Counted from the first letter of the stretch, positions 1 to 11,007 are shown. The stretch: 64,000 bases of DNA from an uncultured Candidatus Binatia bacterium (GCA_965214605.1 OZ243961.1:3680001-3744000); one strand, 5' to 3'. Notes: generated by a model from the letters alone, not told the origin. Translations and numbers: made by a program.

Positions 1-2009
1 TCGGCGTCGGTCAGCTGCAGATCTCCACTCTGGAAAATCCGTTTTCGGATCTTGATATTGTAGTAGTCGGCCGTCACCGACAGCCCGCCGAGGGTTAACA
101 CGGCGCCGACGCTGAAACTGGTCGAGTGTTCGGGCTTGAGCGGTTTGGCGCCCATTTGTCGGGCGATCGGATGGTCCACGGGAAGGGTGACGACTTCGGC
201 CAGAACCCCCTTAGTGCGGTCTACGCCGGTGGTTGCCCGCCGGTAGTTGACCTGTCCGACGGTCGGAGCCCGAAAGCCGGTGCCGACCGAGCCACGCACG
301 GCCACATAGTCCTTGAGCACTTCCCAGCGAGCGGCCACTTTGCCGACCAGAGAGTCGCCTATCCCTTCGTGGTTCTCATAGCGGCCGGCTGCGGTGAGCA
401 GGACATCCTCAATAACATCGGCTTCAAAATCGAGATAAGCGCCAAAGATGCCCCGGCTCGCTACCCCTCCGTCCCTCGGCGGCGTGCCCTGCTGGCCGGT
501 GACGCCGTTCAAAAACCCCTGGGCTACGAGCGTTTCGTCGCGGAACCAGGAGGCGGGTTCGCCGGTTTCATTCTCGAATTCTTCCTCGCGGTACTCCAGG
601 CCGAGGGCAAGATTGAGCGGGGAATAAAAGAGGCCGAGGTCGAGCGGCCTGGACAGGGCGACGTTGAATATCATGTCCTGTTCGGTATAGCCCGAGACTC
701 TGTACTCGGTCGGAATTGCCGCTCCGAGGCGGAGCAGGTTCGGGTTAACGCTGTTCCTGACCCGGCCGACGATGCGGTGCTGGCCGAACACCCCGCTCAT
801 GTCGTACCGCCAGCCGTCAAGCAGTGGGGAGGCGCTGCGCAGCCTGCCGCGCAGGCCGAGAGCGATGCTCCAGTCCGTCACCGTGCCATTCCAGCGGGGC
901 GTGAACCCGCCCGGAAAGTGTAAGAACAGGGTATCGCAGTTGGGGTTGGCCCGAACCTCGGCCAGCTTGGCCGGATCGGGACGATAGTTTTCTGTTGGGA
1001 CCCGAGGACAGCCACCTGACAGGTCGGGAGTCAGGTTGGCAATCAAGAGGTCGGCGTTCGGACCCCCGCCGTTATTGGGGCCGAAGGGATCGGTGAACAC
1101 CTGGGCGAAGTTTGTAGGGTGGCGATAAAACCAGGAATCTTCAAGCTCGCGTTGCGCGTAGTTGCCAAACGCATAGACGTGGTGATGGTCGCTGAGGTCA
1201 AGCCCAAGGTTGCCGAAGAACTTGTAGTCATAGTGCAGATCGGGCGCGCCCCACACCTGGGCCGCCGATCTGCGCACGTAGTCGTTGCCTGTGGCGATGA
1301 GCCGCAGGGCGTCTTCGCGCTGGACGCTGCGGTTGGTCGAGTCGGCGTTGGTGAACTCAAAGCTGAGGTTGGCAAAGCCAGCCTCTGTCAACGGCAGGCC
1401 GACGTTGGCCGCCACATTTCCTAGGTCGCCGTCGCCGTGGTAGTGCTGGCCGAGCCGGGTCTCCAGGGTGAGGCCCTCGGCGTCATCGCGCAGGACAAAG
1501 TTGAGCACGCCGGCTACCGCGTCTGAGCCGTACTGGGCCGCGGCTCCGTCGCGTAGGACTTCGATCCGCTTGAGGGCAATGGCCGGGATGGAGGCAATGT
1601 CAGGCCCGTGCGAGCCACGCGCCCGGCCCCGGCTCCAGACGGTAATGGCCGACGAGCGGTGGCGGCGTTTGCCGTTGACCAACACCAGGGTGGAGTCTGG
1701 TGGTAGGCCACGCAATTTGGCCGGCCGGACCAGCGTGTCCTGGCTGCCGATGGAGTGCTGGGAGATGTTGTAGGATGGGATGGTAGCGGCCAGCAGATTA
1801 TTCATATCCCGGATGCCGTAGGTCTGGAGGTCTTCTCCCTGGATCACATCAACCGGAACCGGGGCGTCCTGCGCCGAGCGTCCCGGAAGCCGCGAGCCGA
1901 CCACCTGAAGTTCTCCGAGCTCAACGACCGTCTCTTGTGCTCTTGCCGGCGCTGAACCGATCACAACCATGAGGCCGACCAAGACTCCGTGTTGCCACAA
2001 TTTCTTCAT
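1..2009 (-). CDS. TonB-dependent outer-membrane receptor (3' end runs off the left edge)
   Basis: Not in the ORF track; translated by hand from ATG at 2009. Signal peptide MKKLWQHGVLVGLMVVIGSAPARAQ, plug motifs VVGSRLPGRSAQDAPVPVDV, LRGLPPDSTLVLVNGKRR and IEVLRDGAAAQYGSDAVAGVLNF, barrel motif GTGFRAPT. No stop seen before base 1. Confidence 0.93.
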   Translation of the reverse strand, partial: MKKLWQHGVLVGLMVVIGSAPARAQETVVELGELQVVGSRLPGRSAQDAPVPVDVIQGEDLQTYGIRDMNNLLAATIPSYNISQHSIGSQDTLVRPAKLRGLPPDSTLVLVNGKRRHRSSAITVWSRGRARGSHGPDIASIPAIALKRIEVLRDGAAAQYGSDAVAGVLNFVLRDDAEGLTLETRLGQHYHGDGDLGNVAANVGLPLTEAGFANLSFEFTNADSTNRSVQREDALRLIATGNDYVRRSAAQVWGAPDLHYDYKFFGNLGLDLSDHHHVYAFGNYAQRELEDSWFYRHPTNFAQVFTDPFGPNNGGGPNADLLIANLTPDLSGGCPRVPTENYRPDPAKLAEVRANPNCDTLFLHFPGGFTPRWNGTVTDWSIALGLRGRLRSASPLLDGWRYDMSGVFGQHRIVGRVRNSVNPNLLRLGAAIPTEYRVSGYTEQDMIFNVALSRPLDLGLFYSPLNLALGLEYREEEFENETGEPASWFRDETLVAQGFLNGVTGQQGTPPRDGGVASRGIFGAYLDFEADVIEDVLLTAAGRYENHEGIGDSLVGKVAARWEVLKDYVAVRGSVGTGFRAPTVGQVNYRRATTGVDRTKGVLAEVVTLPVDHPIARQMGAKPLKPEHSTSFSVGAVLTLGGLSVTADYYNIKIRKRIFQSGDLQLTDA

Positions 2010-2218
2010 ATCCGCTTCCTATACGCACGCTTATGATGTCTCAAGCTCTCAGTGCTTGCAGAAGCTTGCCAGAGTTGCGGAGTGTCTGGAAGGTGCCGCG
2101 TAGGGAAGCGTGATGTCTGGTCGCTGTCTTGGTCATGAGGGAACTGAAATACGTTGCTGGGATAGGTCCTCTCTGGTATTCTCTGCCCCTCTTGCTTCGT
2201 CTGTTGAGGTTATTGAAG

Positions 2219-3970
2219 ATGTCGACCACCCCTGCAGGCCACAACCCTAATATCCGCTACGAACCCAACGAACAGCCTTCGCATCTCTTGTCCCTGAGTC
2301 TCGGTTTCCAGTACGCTATGCTGCTCCTCGCGGCTATTGTGTTGACCCCGGCCATTGTGATGCGGGCAGCCAGCCAGAGTGAGAGCTATCTGTCCTGGGC
2401 AGTCTTTGCGGCACTGATCATCAGCGGACTGACGACCGTCCTTCAGGCCGTCCGGCTGGGGCGCATCGGATCCGGCCATGTCCTCATCATGGGGACCTCG
2501 GCCACCTTTATTTCTGTCTCCATCACGGCCTTGGTGGAGGGGGGGCCAGCCCTGCTGGCAAGCCTCATTGTCGTCTCGTCGCTGTTCCAGTTCGCGCTAG
2601 CGGCCTGGCTATCATTGCTGCGGCGGATCATCACGCCGGTTGTCACCGGTACGGTCATTGCCCTCATCTCTGTCACCATCATGCCGGTCATGTTCAACCT
2701 GTTGACCGACGTGCCCGAGGGAACGCCGCCAGCCGCGGCTCCGATAAGCGCCGCGACCACCCTGATTACTGTCGTGGCCCTGGCTCTGCGCGCCTCGGGC
2801 GTCTGGCGGCTGTGGGCGCCGGTCATTGGCATTGCCGTGGGCTGTCTCGTCGCCTCGCCGTTTGGGCTCTACGACTTCGAACGGGTGAGCGCCGCGGCCT
2901 GGATCGGCCTGCCGGCGTTTGCCTGGCCGGGCTTTGATATGAGGTTTGGGGTTGAGTTCTGGGCGCTGTTGCCGGCGTTTGTATTTGTGACCCTGGTTGG
3001 CGCTATTGAGACGGTCGGTGATGCTGTGGCCATTCAGCGGGTCTCGTGGCGTACGCCGCAGGCGATCAGTTTCCGGACGGTCCAGGGCGCGGTCACCGCC
3101 GACGGCGTGGGCAACCTGCTGTCCGGCGTTGCCGCCACCGTGCCGAATACGACCTACTCCTCAAGCGTACCGCTCGTTGAGCTGACCGGAGTTGGCGCTC
3201 GCAGCGTTGGCGCCAGTGTCGGTATTGCCTTCGTCACGCTGGCGTTTCTCCCCAAGGCCACCGCTCTCCTGCTGGCTATTCCAGGCCCGGTCGTCGCCGC
3301 CTATGCTTTTGTCCTGCTGGGGCTGCTGTTCATACAGGGCATGAAGCTCATAGTCCAGGACGATATTGATTATCGCAAGGCCACAGTGGCCGGGGTCGCC
3401 TTCTGGTTGGGAGTAGGATTTCAGAATCAGGCAATTTTCGCTGACTATCTCGGCGAGGCGTGGAGCGTACTGCTCGGCAACGGTATGACAATGGGCGGCT
3501 TTGCGGCGATTGTCCTCACGCTGTTCATAGAACTGACCGGCCCGCGCCGCCAGCGTATCGAAATGGAACTGGATGTCGCCGTCCTGCCAAAGGTCGAGGA
3601 TTTTCTGCGTCGGCTAGCCTCGCGCCTGGGCTGGAACGCCGAGGCAACAGAGCGGCTGTGCTCGGCTGGCGAAGAGACCCTGCTCACCCTCCTTCAGCAC
3701 GAAGAGGGCAAGCCGGTGAGGACGGATCAGCGTCTGCTGCTGGTCGCGCGCGGCGACCGGAGCGCCGCGGAATTGGAGTTTGTGGCGGCAGCTGGCGAAG
3801 AAAACCTTGAGGACCGGCTGGTGCTCCTCGGCGAGCGGGCCGCTGGGACGCCAGCCGAGAACGAGCTCTCGCTACGCCTGCTGCGGCATTTCGCCTCGTC
3901 GGTCCGCCATCAGCAGTACCACGACACGGACATTATAACGGTCCGGGTCGTGGCTGCTGGGGCGAGATAG
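2219..3970 (+). CDS. NCS2 (xanthine/uracil) family permease with C-terminal GHKL/RsbW-like domain
   Basis: Many TM segments; motifs ISGLTTVLQ, ETVGD and GAVTADGVGNLLSG..PNTTYS. A soluble tail of about 140 aa follows. ATG 2219 preferred over TTG 2129. Confidence 0.88.
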   Translation: MSTTPAGHNPNIRYEPNEQPSHLLSLSLGFQYAMLLLAAIVLTPAIVMRAASQSESYLSWAVFAALIISGLTTVLQAVRLGRIGSGHVLIMGTSATFISVSITALVEGGPALLASLIVVSSLFQFALAAWLSLLRRIITPVVTGTVIALISVTIMPVMFNLLTDVPEGTPPAAAPISAATTLITVVALALRASGVWRLWAPVIGIAVGCLVASPFGLYDFERVSAAAWIGLPAFAWPGFDMRFGVEFWALLPAFVFVTLVGAIETVGDAVAIQRVSWRTPQAISFRTVQGAVTADGVGNLLSGVAATVPNTTYSSSVPLVELTGVGARSVGASVGIAFVTLAFLPKATALLLAIPGPVVAAYAFVLLGLLFIQGMKLIVQDDIDYRKATVAGVAFWLGVGFQNQAIFADYLGEAWSVLLGNGMTMGGFAAIVLTLFIELTGPRRQRIEMELDVAVLPKVEDFLRRLASRLGWNAEATERLCSAGEETLLTLLQHEEGKPVRTDQRLLLVARGDRSAAELEFVAAAGEENLEDRLVLLGERAAGTPAENELSLRLLRHFASSVRHQQYHDTDIITVRVVAAGAR

Positions 3971-4159
3971 GTCAACCGACCGGAGAATCTGTCTTCCGTT
4001 TTTTCGACACGTCTTCTGCTCAGTGTTCTGAAACCCTATATTTTTCAGACGCCTATCTTCGCCACTTCGTCAGCAGCCCCGGGGGACGCCCTGTCTTCTC
4101 CAGCCTTGATGTGCTAAGCACAGAGTTAGACACTTACATCGCGCAGGAGGGGCATTCTC

Positions 4160-4912
4160 ATGTCAGGCCACTCTAAATGGAGCACGATCAAACACAAAAA
4201 GGCGGTCAAGGATGCGCGCCGGGGTAAGCTCTTTAACAAACTCATTAAGGACTTAAGCATTGCGGCTCGCATCGGCGGCAGTGACGCCTCCGCCAACCCG
4301 CGCTTGCGCACGGCCCTGGCCGCGGCTAGGGCTGCCAGTATGCCGAACGACACAATTGAGCGGGCGATCAAAAAAGGCGCCGGCGAACTTGAAGGCGTGA
4401 GCTATGAGGAGGTTGTCTATGAGGGCCACGGCCCGGGTGGAGTAGCAATCATGCTGCAGGTCCTGACCGATAACAAGAACCGGACGGTTGCCGAGATTCG
4501 TCATTCTCTCACCAAGTATGGCGGCAGCCTAGGGACCTCAAATTCGGTCGCCTGGATGTTTGATAAAAAAGGCATTATTGCAGTTGAAGCTGAGCAGGTT
4601 GACGAAGACCAGCTGATGGAAATCGTGCTGGAGGCCGGAGCTGAAGACGTGAGCGGCGGCGAGGGCAGCTTTGAGGTAGTGACGAGCCCTGAGGATTTTA
4701 GTGCCGTGCACGCCGCCCTTGAGCAGGCCGGCTTGGCCATGCAGTCGGCTGAGGTAACGCTCGTCCCTCAGAGCACGGTCAGCCTCTCCGGCAAAGAGGC
4801 CGAACAGGTGTATAAACTGCTCGATGTGTTGCAGGAACACGACGATATCCAGAGTGTAGCCGCCAACTGCGAATTCTCTGAAGAGGATTTTGAGCGCTTG
4901 AGCGCAGCCTAA
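4160..4912 (+). CDS. yebC: YebC/PmpR family protein
   Basis: MSGHSKWSTIKHKK start, YEGHGPGGVA and TDNKNRT motifs; canonical position upstream of ruvC. Confidence 0.97.
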   Translation: MSGHSKWSTIKHKKAVKDARRGKLFNKLIKDLSIAARIGGSDASANPRLRTALAAARAASMPNDTIERAIKKGAGELEGVSYEEVVYEGHGPGGVAIMLQVLTDNKNRTVAEIRHSLTKYGGSLGTSNSVAWMFDKKGIIAVEAEQVDEDQLMEIVLEAGAEDVSGGEGSFEVVTSPEDFSAVHAALEQAGLAMQSAEVTLVPQSTVSLSGKEAEQVYKLLDVLQEHDDIQSVAANCEFSEEDFERLSAA

Positions 4913-5009
4913 CAGGCCGGTGCCAACAGATGGGTAGGAGGGAAAAGCTTTTCAGCGTCAGGGTTGATGATTACTAACATGCCGATGAGTTGGGGCAGGA
5001 GGAGGACAG

Positions 5010-5642
5010 GTGCGACGCACGGAAGAAATAGAGCGGGTGCTTGGAGTAGACCCTGGAACGTTGCGGACCGGTTGGGGCATTGTTGACCGCCATCGACAAC
5101 TCACTTTTTGTGCCGGAGGCGTTGTCTCAACCGCTGGCTTCTCATCTCTACCAGAACGGCTGCGGGTCGTGTATGCAGGAATCGTCGAGGTAATTGAGCA
5201 GTGGACTCCCCACACTCTGAGTTTGGAAAAAGCGTTTGTGGCCCATAATGTGCAAAGCGCCTTTCGGCTTGGAGAAGCCAGGGGCGTCATCCTGCTCGCT
5301 GCGGCTCAGGCCGGGCTGCAAATCTCCGAGTATAACCCGACCGAAATTAAAACGGCCGTAGTCGGCTATGGCCGTGCGGATAAGACGCAGGTACAGAAAG
5401 CCGTGTTTTCTCTCTTAGGCAGTGAGACATCGGCCTTGCCAACTAGCCAGGACGCGACAGATGCCCTAGCCGCGGCGGTGTGTCACTGTCATACCTCGCC
5501 GCTGGCGGATCAGATTCAGACCCAGCTGGCCGCGGCGACGGGCCGTCGGGGTAAACGACGTCTGCGCTCGTGGCGTCAAGTTTCTGCCGATAGTCTCGAT
5601 CCTAAGCTGTTGGTCAGGGAGTGGGGAAGAGGCCGGAACTGA
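5010..5642 (+). CDS. ruvC: Holliday junction resolvase RuvC
   Basis: LGVDPG, LGEARGV, GYGRADKTQV and DATDALA motifs. Confidence 0.96.
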   Translation: MRRTEEIERVLGVDPGTLRTGWGIVDRHRQLTFCAGGVVSTAGFSSLPERLRVVYAGIVEVIEQWTPHTLSLEKAFVAHNVQSAFRLGEARGVILLAAAQAGLQISEYNPTEIKTAVVGYGRADKTQVQKAVFSLLGSETSALPTSQDATDALAAAVCHCHTSPLADQIQTQLAAATGRRGKRRLRSWRQVSADSLDPKLLVREWGRGRN

Positions 5643-5664
5643 GCAGCGGGGATCGGGGCGGACA

Positions 5665-6255
5665 ATGATTGCGCATCTGAGCGGAGTACTCGAAGACAAA
5701 GCCCCGGATCAACTGATTGTCGATGTCGGTGGGGTGGGGTACCTAGTGTTCGTTTCGCTCCAAACTTTCTATCGTCTGCCTGAGTCGGGGCAGCGGATCC
5801 GTCTACATATCCATACCCATGTGCGTGAAGACGCCTTGCAGCTCTTTGGCTTCCTCGACGAGCAGGAAAAGGCCGACTTCGTGTTACTCAAAGGGGTCAG
5901 CGGAATTGGCCCCCGGCTGGCGGTCAACATCTTGTCCGGTATCCCGGTTGAGGAGCTAGAAGACGCCCTGCGGGCTGGGGATGTGACCCGGCTGCTGGCT
6001 ATCCCCGGGGTTGGGCGGAAAATGGCTGAGCGTCTGGTGGTTGAGCTGCGTGAAAAGGTCGGGACCTCTCCCGGAAGCGACGCCGTGGCTATCCCGGACG
6101 CCGAGCCGGCGGTTTCTGCGGACGCGGTCTCGGCTCTTATCAATCTGGGCTATCGTCAGGCCCAGGCCGAAAAAGCGGTCCAGCACGCACTCCGCGATGG
6201 GCGGTCCACACTGACCGGTATTATTCAGGAATCACTACGGAGTCTGAGCGGGTGA
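5665..6255 (+). CDS. ruvA: Holliday junction DNA-binding protein RuvA
   Basis: [18 protein letters not shown], and HhH motifs VSGIGPRLA and [11 protein letters not shown]. Confidence 0.97.
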   Translation: MIAHLSGVLEDKAPDQLIVDVGGVGYLVFVSLQTFYRLPESGQRIRLHIHTHVREDALQLFGFLDEQEKADFVLLKGVSGIGPRLAVNILSGIPVEELEDALRAGDVTRLLAIPGVGRKMAERLVVELREKVGTSPGSDAVAIPDAEPAVSADAVSALINLGYRQAQAEKAVQHALRDGRSTLTGIIQESLRSLSG

Positions 6256-7334
6256 GTAAGCCGAAAGAATCCTCCAGAGCCTCTGTCCTTGATCTGAACG
6301 CGCCGCTCGACGCTGTCGAGGATACAGCCACCGGCGAGAGTGGCGGCGAAGCGCGGCTAGAGGGCTCGCTGCGCCCCCGCAGCCTGGACGACTATATCGG
6401 TCAGGAGAGTACCAAACAGAATCTGCATATCGCTATCCAAGCCGCCAAACAGCGAGACGATGTGCTTGACCACCTACTGTTCTACGGCCCTCCAGGGCTG
6501 GGCAAGACCTCGCTGGCCCATATTATCGCCCGGGAAATGGGGGTGGATATTCGGGCCACGACCGGGCCGGTCATTGAGCGGCCCGGTGACCTAGCGGCCA
6601 TCTTGACCAACCTGGAAGACGGCGATGTGTTGTTTATTGATGAAATTCACCGTCTCAACCGAGTGGTGGAAGAATTTTTGTATCCAGCCATGGAAGATTT
6701 TCAGCTGGACCTAGTGGTCGGCCAGGGCCCCTCGGCCCGCACCGTCAAGCTCTCGCTCAAACACTTCACCCTGGTGGGTGCGACCACCCGCTCGGGCCTG
6801 CTGACCTCGCCTCTGCGCGACCGCTTTGGCTCGACCTTTCGCCTGGACTTTTACCGGGCGGCCGAACTCGAACAGATCGTTCGCCGCTCGGCTTCCATTC
6901 TAAATATGACGATTGACTCCGACGGCGTGACTGAGATTGCCCGCCGCTCGCGCGGCACGCCGCGCATCGCCAATCGTTTGCTGCGGCGGGTGCGCGACTT
7001 CGCCCAGGTCAAGGCCGACTCGGTGGTCAGCCGGGAGGTGGCCTGGGATGCGCTGCAGCTGCTAGAAGTGGACGAGGTCGGCTTTGACAAAATGGACCGA
7101 GCCGTCCTATTGACGATTATTGATAAATTCCAGGGTGGCCCGGTCGGAATCGAAACCATCGCCGCAGCCATTGGCGAAGAGAAAAACACCATCGAAGACG
7201 TGTATGAGCCGTATCTGATCCAGGAGGGCTATCTACAGCGTACTTCCCGCGGGCGGCTAGCAACTCTGAAAGCCTACACCCATTTTGGCCGAACCAGCAG
7301 TGCGGACGGCTCGGGTCGGGGTCATCTGTTCTAA
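6252..7334 (+). CDS. ruvB: Holliday junction branch migration helicase RuvB
   Basis: [12 protein letters not shown], Walker A GPPGLGKT, Walker [25 protein letters not shown]. Confidence 0.98.
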   Translation: MSKPKESSRASVLDLNAPLDAVEDTATGESGGEARLEGSLRPRSLDDYIGQESTKQNLHIAIQAAKQRDDVLDHLLFYGPPGLGKTSLAHIIAREMGVDIRATTGPVIERPGDLAAILTNLEDGDVLFIDEIHRLNRVVEEFLYPAMEDFQLDLVVGQGPSARTVKLSLKHFTLVGATTRSGLLTSPLRDRFGSTFRLDFYRAAELEQIVRRSASILNMTIDSDGVTEIARRSRGTPRIANRLLRRVRDFAQVKADSVVSREVAWDALQLLEVDEVGFDKMDRAVLLTIIDKFQGGPVGIETIAAAIGEEKNTIEDVYEPYLIQEGYLQRTSRGRLATLKAYTHFGRTSSADGSGRGHLF

Positions 7335-7364
7335 ATTTCTCGAACGTCAAGGAGTTGAGACGCT

Positions 7365-9677
7365 ATGGACACAGGCCCGCCGTCCGCCGCTCCGTCCCAG
7401 AAATCGCAGCATGCCAAACGCCGGCGAGTCCGGGAAGGCGGGCTGATTGTACTCGCCGGCCTCGCCGTTTTCCTGTTCGTCGTCTCTCAGGGATCGGTGC
7501 CCCAGCTCGTCAACCACAGCTTGGTCAGTAATATCGTCTTTGTTCTACTGATCAACCTCAATATCATTCTGCTCGTCCTCGTCGTTTTTCTGCTCGGCCG
7601 CCACGTGATCAAGCTCTTTTATGAGCGTCAGCAGAAGATACCGGGCGCGCATTTACGCTTTCGGCTGGTCCTGGCCTTTGTGGCGATTTCTCTGCTGCCT
7701 GCCTGCCTGCTGTTTTTGATCGGGATTGGTTTTGTTAATCAGTCTATTAACAACTGGTTTTCCGAAAAGATCGAAACCCCGCTGAGCCAAGCGGTCGACG
7801 TCGTCAATGCCTTCCACGATCACTTGACTGACGATGCGTTATTTCATGCTCAGAGGCTGGCCACCGAGGTGGTGTCCGAAGGGTTGCACGATGGGCAAAG
7901 CCAGGCGCTGGGGGACTTGGTCGAGCGCACCTCTCGGCGCTTTGAGCTGGGACGAATTTTGATCTTTGGTCCTACCCGGCACCTCTTGGCGAGCGCCTCG
8001 GAACCGGACCACGCCATTGGCGAGAACAACAAAAGGGACACCAAGCTGCTCGACCAGGTGTTCCAGAATACGGCCATTCCTCAGACCTACTCGGTGGGCC
8101 AGACCGAGGTCGTGCGCGGAGGGGCACCTATCCTGGACCGAGATGAGGTGATTGGAGCGGTCGTTGTCGAGTACTCGATGCCGCCTCACGTCGCCTGGCA
8201 GGAAATCCAGGTGGCGAAGGCCTCCCGGGAGTATCAGCAGCTTAGAATTCTCAAGCAGCCGATCAAGAACAATTATTTGATCACCATGTTTCTGGTGACA
8301 CTAGTGGCAGTCTTTTCCGCGATTTGGCTGGGTTTCTTTTTGTCCAAAAAGATCACCATCCCGCTCCAACAGCTGGCCGCGGCAACTCGTGAGGTAGCCC
8401 AGGGCCACTGGAGCCATCGGCTTGAGGGCGAGGGCGAGGATGAGGTCGGAACCCTGGTGGCCGCCTTTAACCGGATGACAACCGACTTACAGCAGAGCCA
8501 TCAAGAGCTGGAAGCCCGGCGGCGCTATATGGAAATCTTGCTCGCCAATATGAACGCCGGGGTCGTATCTTTAGATCGGACCGGTATGGTCTCGACGCTG
8601 AATCGGGCCGCCGAGCAGCTGCTGGGGGTGGCCGCCGAGGGGGTAGTTGAGCGGGACTACCACAACGTGTTTGGGTCGGCCGAGTTTGCTGAACTGCGGC
8701 GGATGATCGGGAACTTGCTGACCGAGTCACTCAGCGAGCCAAGCGCTGGAGACGAGGGGAGGCCCGAGAGCCAGGGGCAACTGCGCCTGCTGCGTGACGG
8801 CCAAGCCCTGACCCTATTAGTAACGACCGCGCCTCTGACTGATGAGCGCGGAGAAGTGTTAGGCGGGGTGTGCTTTTTTGAGGATGTGACCCAGATCATC
8901 CGGGCCGAACGTATGGAAGCCTGGCGTGAAGTGGCGTGCCGGATTGCTCACGAAATCAAAAATCCGCTGACCCCAATTCAGCTTGCCGCCCAGCGCTTGC
9001 ACCGGCGGTTTGCGCCGCAGTTGTCCGATTCCCAAGGCGTGTTCGAAGAATGTGTCCAGAGCATCGCCCATGAGGTTGATACGATTAAACGGCTGGTCAA
9101 CGAGTTTTCGACCTTTGCCCGTTTACCGACCGCTGAGTACCAGCCGGAGGATCTGAACACGCTGATCCAAGAGGTGATTATCATCTTTTCCGAGGCGCAT
9201 CGAGATCTGGATTTCATCTTGTCCTACGACCCTGATCTGCCGCTGCTTGATCTCGACCGAGAGGGTATCAAACGGGCTGTACGCAATCTGCTGGATAATG
9301 CCGTGGCTGCCTGCCAGACCTCGGTCAACGGCAGGGCCAATGGCCCGTTGGGTCAGATTGGAGTGGCGACCCGCTTTTTCCGTTCGGTCGGCATCGTTCG
9401 ACTTGAGGTGACCGATACTGGCTGCGGTATTCCGGCCCAGATCAAGGATCGCTTGTTCGAGCCCTATTTTTCGACCAAAAAAGAAGGAACGGGCCTAGGG
9501 TTGGCGATTGTGGCTACGGTGGTGGCTGATCATCAGGCTTTTCTGCGCGTGCGGGATAATACCCCTCACGGAAGTCGCTTTATTATTGAGCTGCCGGTCC
9601 GACGGCGGGGGCAGCTGAGCACGGATCTGGTCAGGGCGACGCCACCGCAGCCAACCGCAAACGGTCGATATAGCTAG
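7365..9677 (+). CDS. ntrY: NtrY-like membrane sensor histidine kinase (HAMP-PAS-HisKA-HATPase)
   Basis: Three N-terminal TMs, periplasmic domain, HAMP (DEVGTLVAAFNRMT), PAS, NtrY-type H-box AWREVACRIAHEIKNPLTPIQL, and N/G boxes NLLDNA, DTGCGI, GTGLGLAIV. Confidence 0.9.
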   Translation: MDTGPPSAAPSQKSQHAKRRRVREGGLIVLAGLAVFLFVVSQGSVPQLVNHSLVSNIVFVLLINLNIILLVLVVFLLGRHVIKLFYERQQKIPGAHLRFRLVLAFVAISLLPACLLFLIGIGFVNQSINNWFSEKIETPLSQAVDVVNAFHDHLTDDALFHAQRLATEVVSEGLHDGQSQALGDLVERTSRRFELGRILIFGPTRHLLASASEPDHAIGENNKRDTKLLDQVFQNTAIPQTYSVGQTEVVRGGAPILDRDEVIGAVVVEYSMPPHVAWQEIQVAKASREYQQLRILKQPIKNNYLITMFLVTLVAVFSAIWLGFFLSKKITIPLQQLAAATREVAQGHWSHRLEGEGEDEVGTLVAAFNRMTTDLQQSHQELEARRRYMEILLANMNAGVVSLDRTGMVSTLNRAAEQLLGVAAEGVVERDYHNVFGSAEFAELRRMIGNLLTESLSEPSAGDEGRPESQGQLRLLRDGQALTLLVTTAPLTDERGEVLGGVCFFEDVTQIIRAERMEAWREVACRIAHEIKNPLTPIQLAAQRLHRRFAPQLSDSQGVFEECVQSIAHEVDTIKRLVNEFSTFARLPTAEYQPEDLNTLIQEVIIIFSEAHRDLDFILSYDPDLPLLDLDREGIKRAVRNLLDNAVAACQTSVNGRANGPLGQIGVATRFFRSVGIVRLEVTDTGCGIPAQIKDRLFEPYFSTKKEGTGLGLAIVATVVADHQAFLRVRDNTPHGSRFIIELPVRRRGQLSTDLVRATPPQPTANGRYS

Positions 9678-9687
9678 TGAGGACGGT

Positions 9688-11007
9688 ATGAACGATACCA
9701 TTCTAGTGGTTGATGATGAGGAAAAGATTCGGACGACCTTACGCGGGATTCTGAGCGATGAGGGATTCCAGGTCTTGGACACCGGAGACAGTGCCCAAGT
9801 CCTCGATCTAATCCGCACCCGCCAACCCCGGCTGGTCATTCTTGATATTTGGATGCCGCAGCTCGACGGCATTAGCCTGCTCGAACAACTCAAAGCCCAG
9901 CAACCGAAACTACCGGTCATTGTCATTTCCGGCCACGGCACAATTGAGACAGCGGTCCGGGCGACCAAGCTGGGAGCGACTGATTTTATTGAGAAACCGT
10001 TTTCGCTCGAAGCCCTCCTCCGCTCGGTGTATCGGGCGATTGGACGCGAGGCGGCTGACCACACCGCCCAAGGAGGACATCGCGCTTCGCCGCCCAACCG
10101 TCAGGCTGTAGTGGGGCCGCGCGAGTGTGTCCAGGCTCAGACAATTGGACGCAGCGTTGTGCTGCGTGGTCAGGGATTGCACTCTGGCGTGCGCACTGGG
10201 GTGATCCTGCAACCGCTGCCACCCGGCAGTGGAATCGTGTTCGGATCCCTATCGACCGGTGTGGTAATTCCGGCCTCAGTCGACTATATCAGCTCGACCG
10301 GCTATGCGACGAGTTTGTACCGGGACGGCGCTATGGCCCGTACGATTGAACATCTCATGGCGGCCCTGCACGGCTACGGTATCACTAATCTGATGATCAA
10401 GATGCAGGATGAAATCCCGATTCTGGACGGATCGGCGCGCGAGTTTTGTCAGGTACTTGACGAAGCCGGGATTGTCGAGCAGGACGAGACAGTTGAGCTC
10501 ATTACGGTCGATCGGCCGTATCAGGTGGGCGACGGAGGGGGTGACAAGGAGCTGCGCATTGAGCCGGCCGATCATTTTTCGGTCCGCTATATTCTGGACT
10601 ATCCCCCACCGGTCGGTCGTCAGGAACACTGCTATGTGCATCGGGGAGCCGAGAGCTTTGGCGCCGAAATTGCCCCGGCCCGAACCTTTGGCTTTTTGAA
10701 AGAGGTCCAAGCGCTGGAGCAGATGGGCCTGGCCAACGGTGGACGGCTTGACAACTGTATTTTGATAGGCGATCAGGGCGTGATTAATCCACCTCTGCGT
10801 TTTGATGACGAACTCGCCCGCCACAAAGTCTTGGATCTGGTCGGTGATCTGTACCTGTTAGGGCGACCGTTACGGGGGAAAGTGACGGCTAATCGGACCG
10901 GTCACAGCGATAATGTTGCCCTAGTCCGGGCCTTACGGCTGGGATTGCAAGCCAAAAAGCTCGGGGGAGAGCATTTGTCTATGAGAGGTGTGGAAAAACA
11001 GCTATGA
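9688..11007 (+). CDS. lpxC: Receiver domain fused to UDP-3-O-acyl-GlcNAc deacetylase LpxC
   Basis: Residues ~1-120 are an NtrX-like REC (VVDDE, LDIWMP, ISGHG, FIEKPF). From ~150 the LpxC motifs appear: GQGLHSG, TIEHLMAAL, EIPILDGSA, IAPARTFGF, HKVLDLVGDL, TGHSDN. One continuous ORF. Confidence 0.92.
   Translation: MNDTILVVDDEEKIRTTLRGILSDEGFQVLDTGDSAQVLDLIRTRQPRLVILDIWMPQLDGISLLEQLKAQQPKLPVIVISGHGTIETAVRATKLGATDFIEKPFSLEALLRSVYRAIGREAADHTAQGGHRASPPNRQAVVGPRECVQAQTIGRSVVLRGQGLHSGVRTGVILQPLPPGSGIVFGSLSTGVVIPASVDYISSTGYATSLYRDGAMARTIEHLMAALHGYGITNLMIKMQDEIPILDGSAREFCQVLDEAGIVEQDETVELITVDRPYQVGDGGGDKELRIEPADHFSVRYILDYPPPVGRQEHCYVHRGAESFGAEIAPARTFGFLKEVQALEQMGLANGGRLDNCILIGDQGVINPPLRFDDELARHKVLDLVGDLYLLGRPLRGKVTANRTGHSDNVALVRALRLGLQAKKLGGEHLSMRGVEKQL

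Noticed and set aside
126-1955. Several plus-strand ORFs (for example 126-923, 265 aa)
   Set aside because: Antisense shadows of the minus-strand TonB-dependent receptor.
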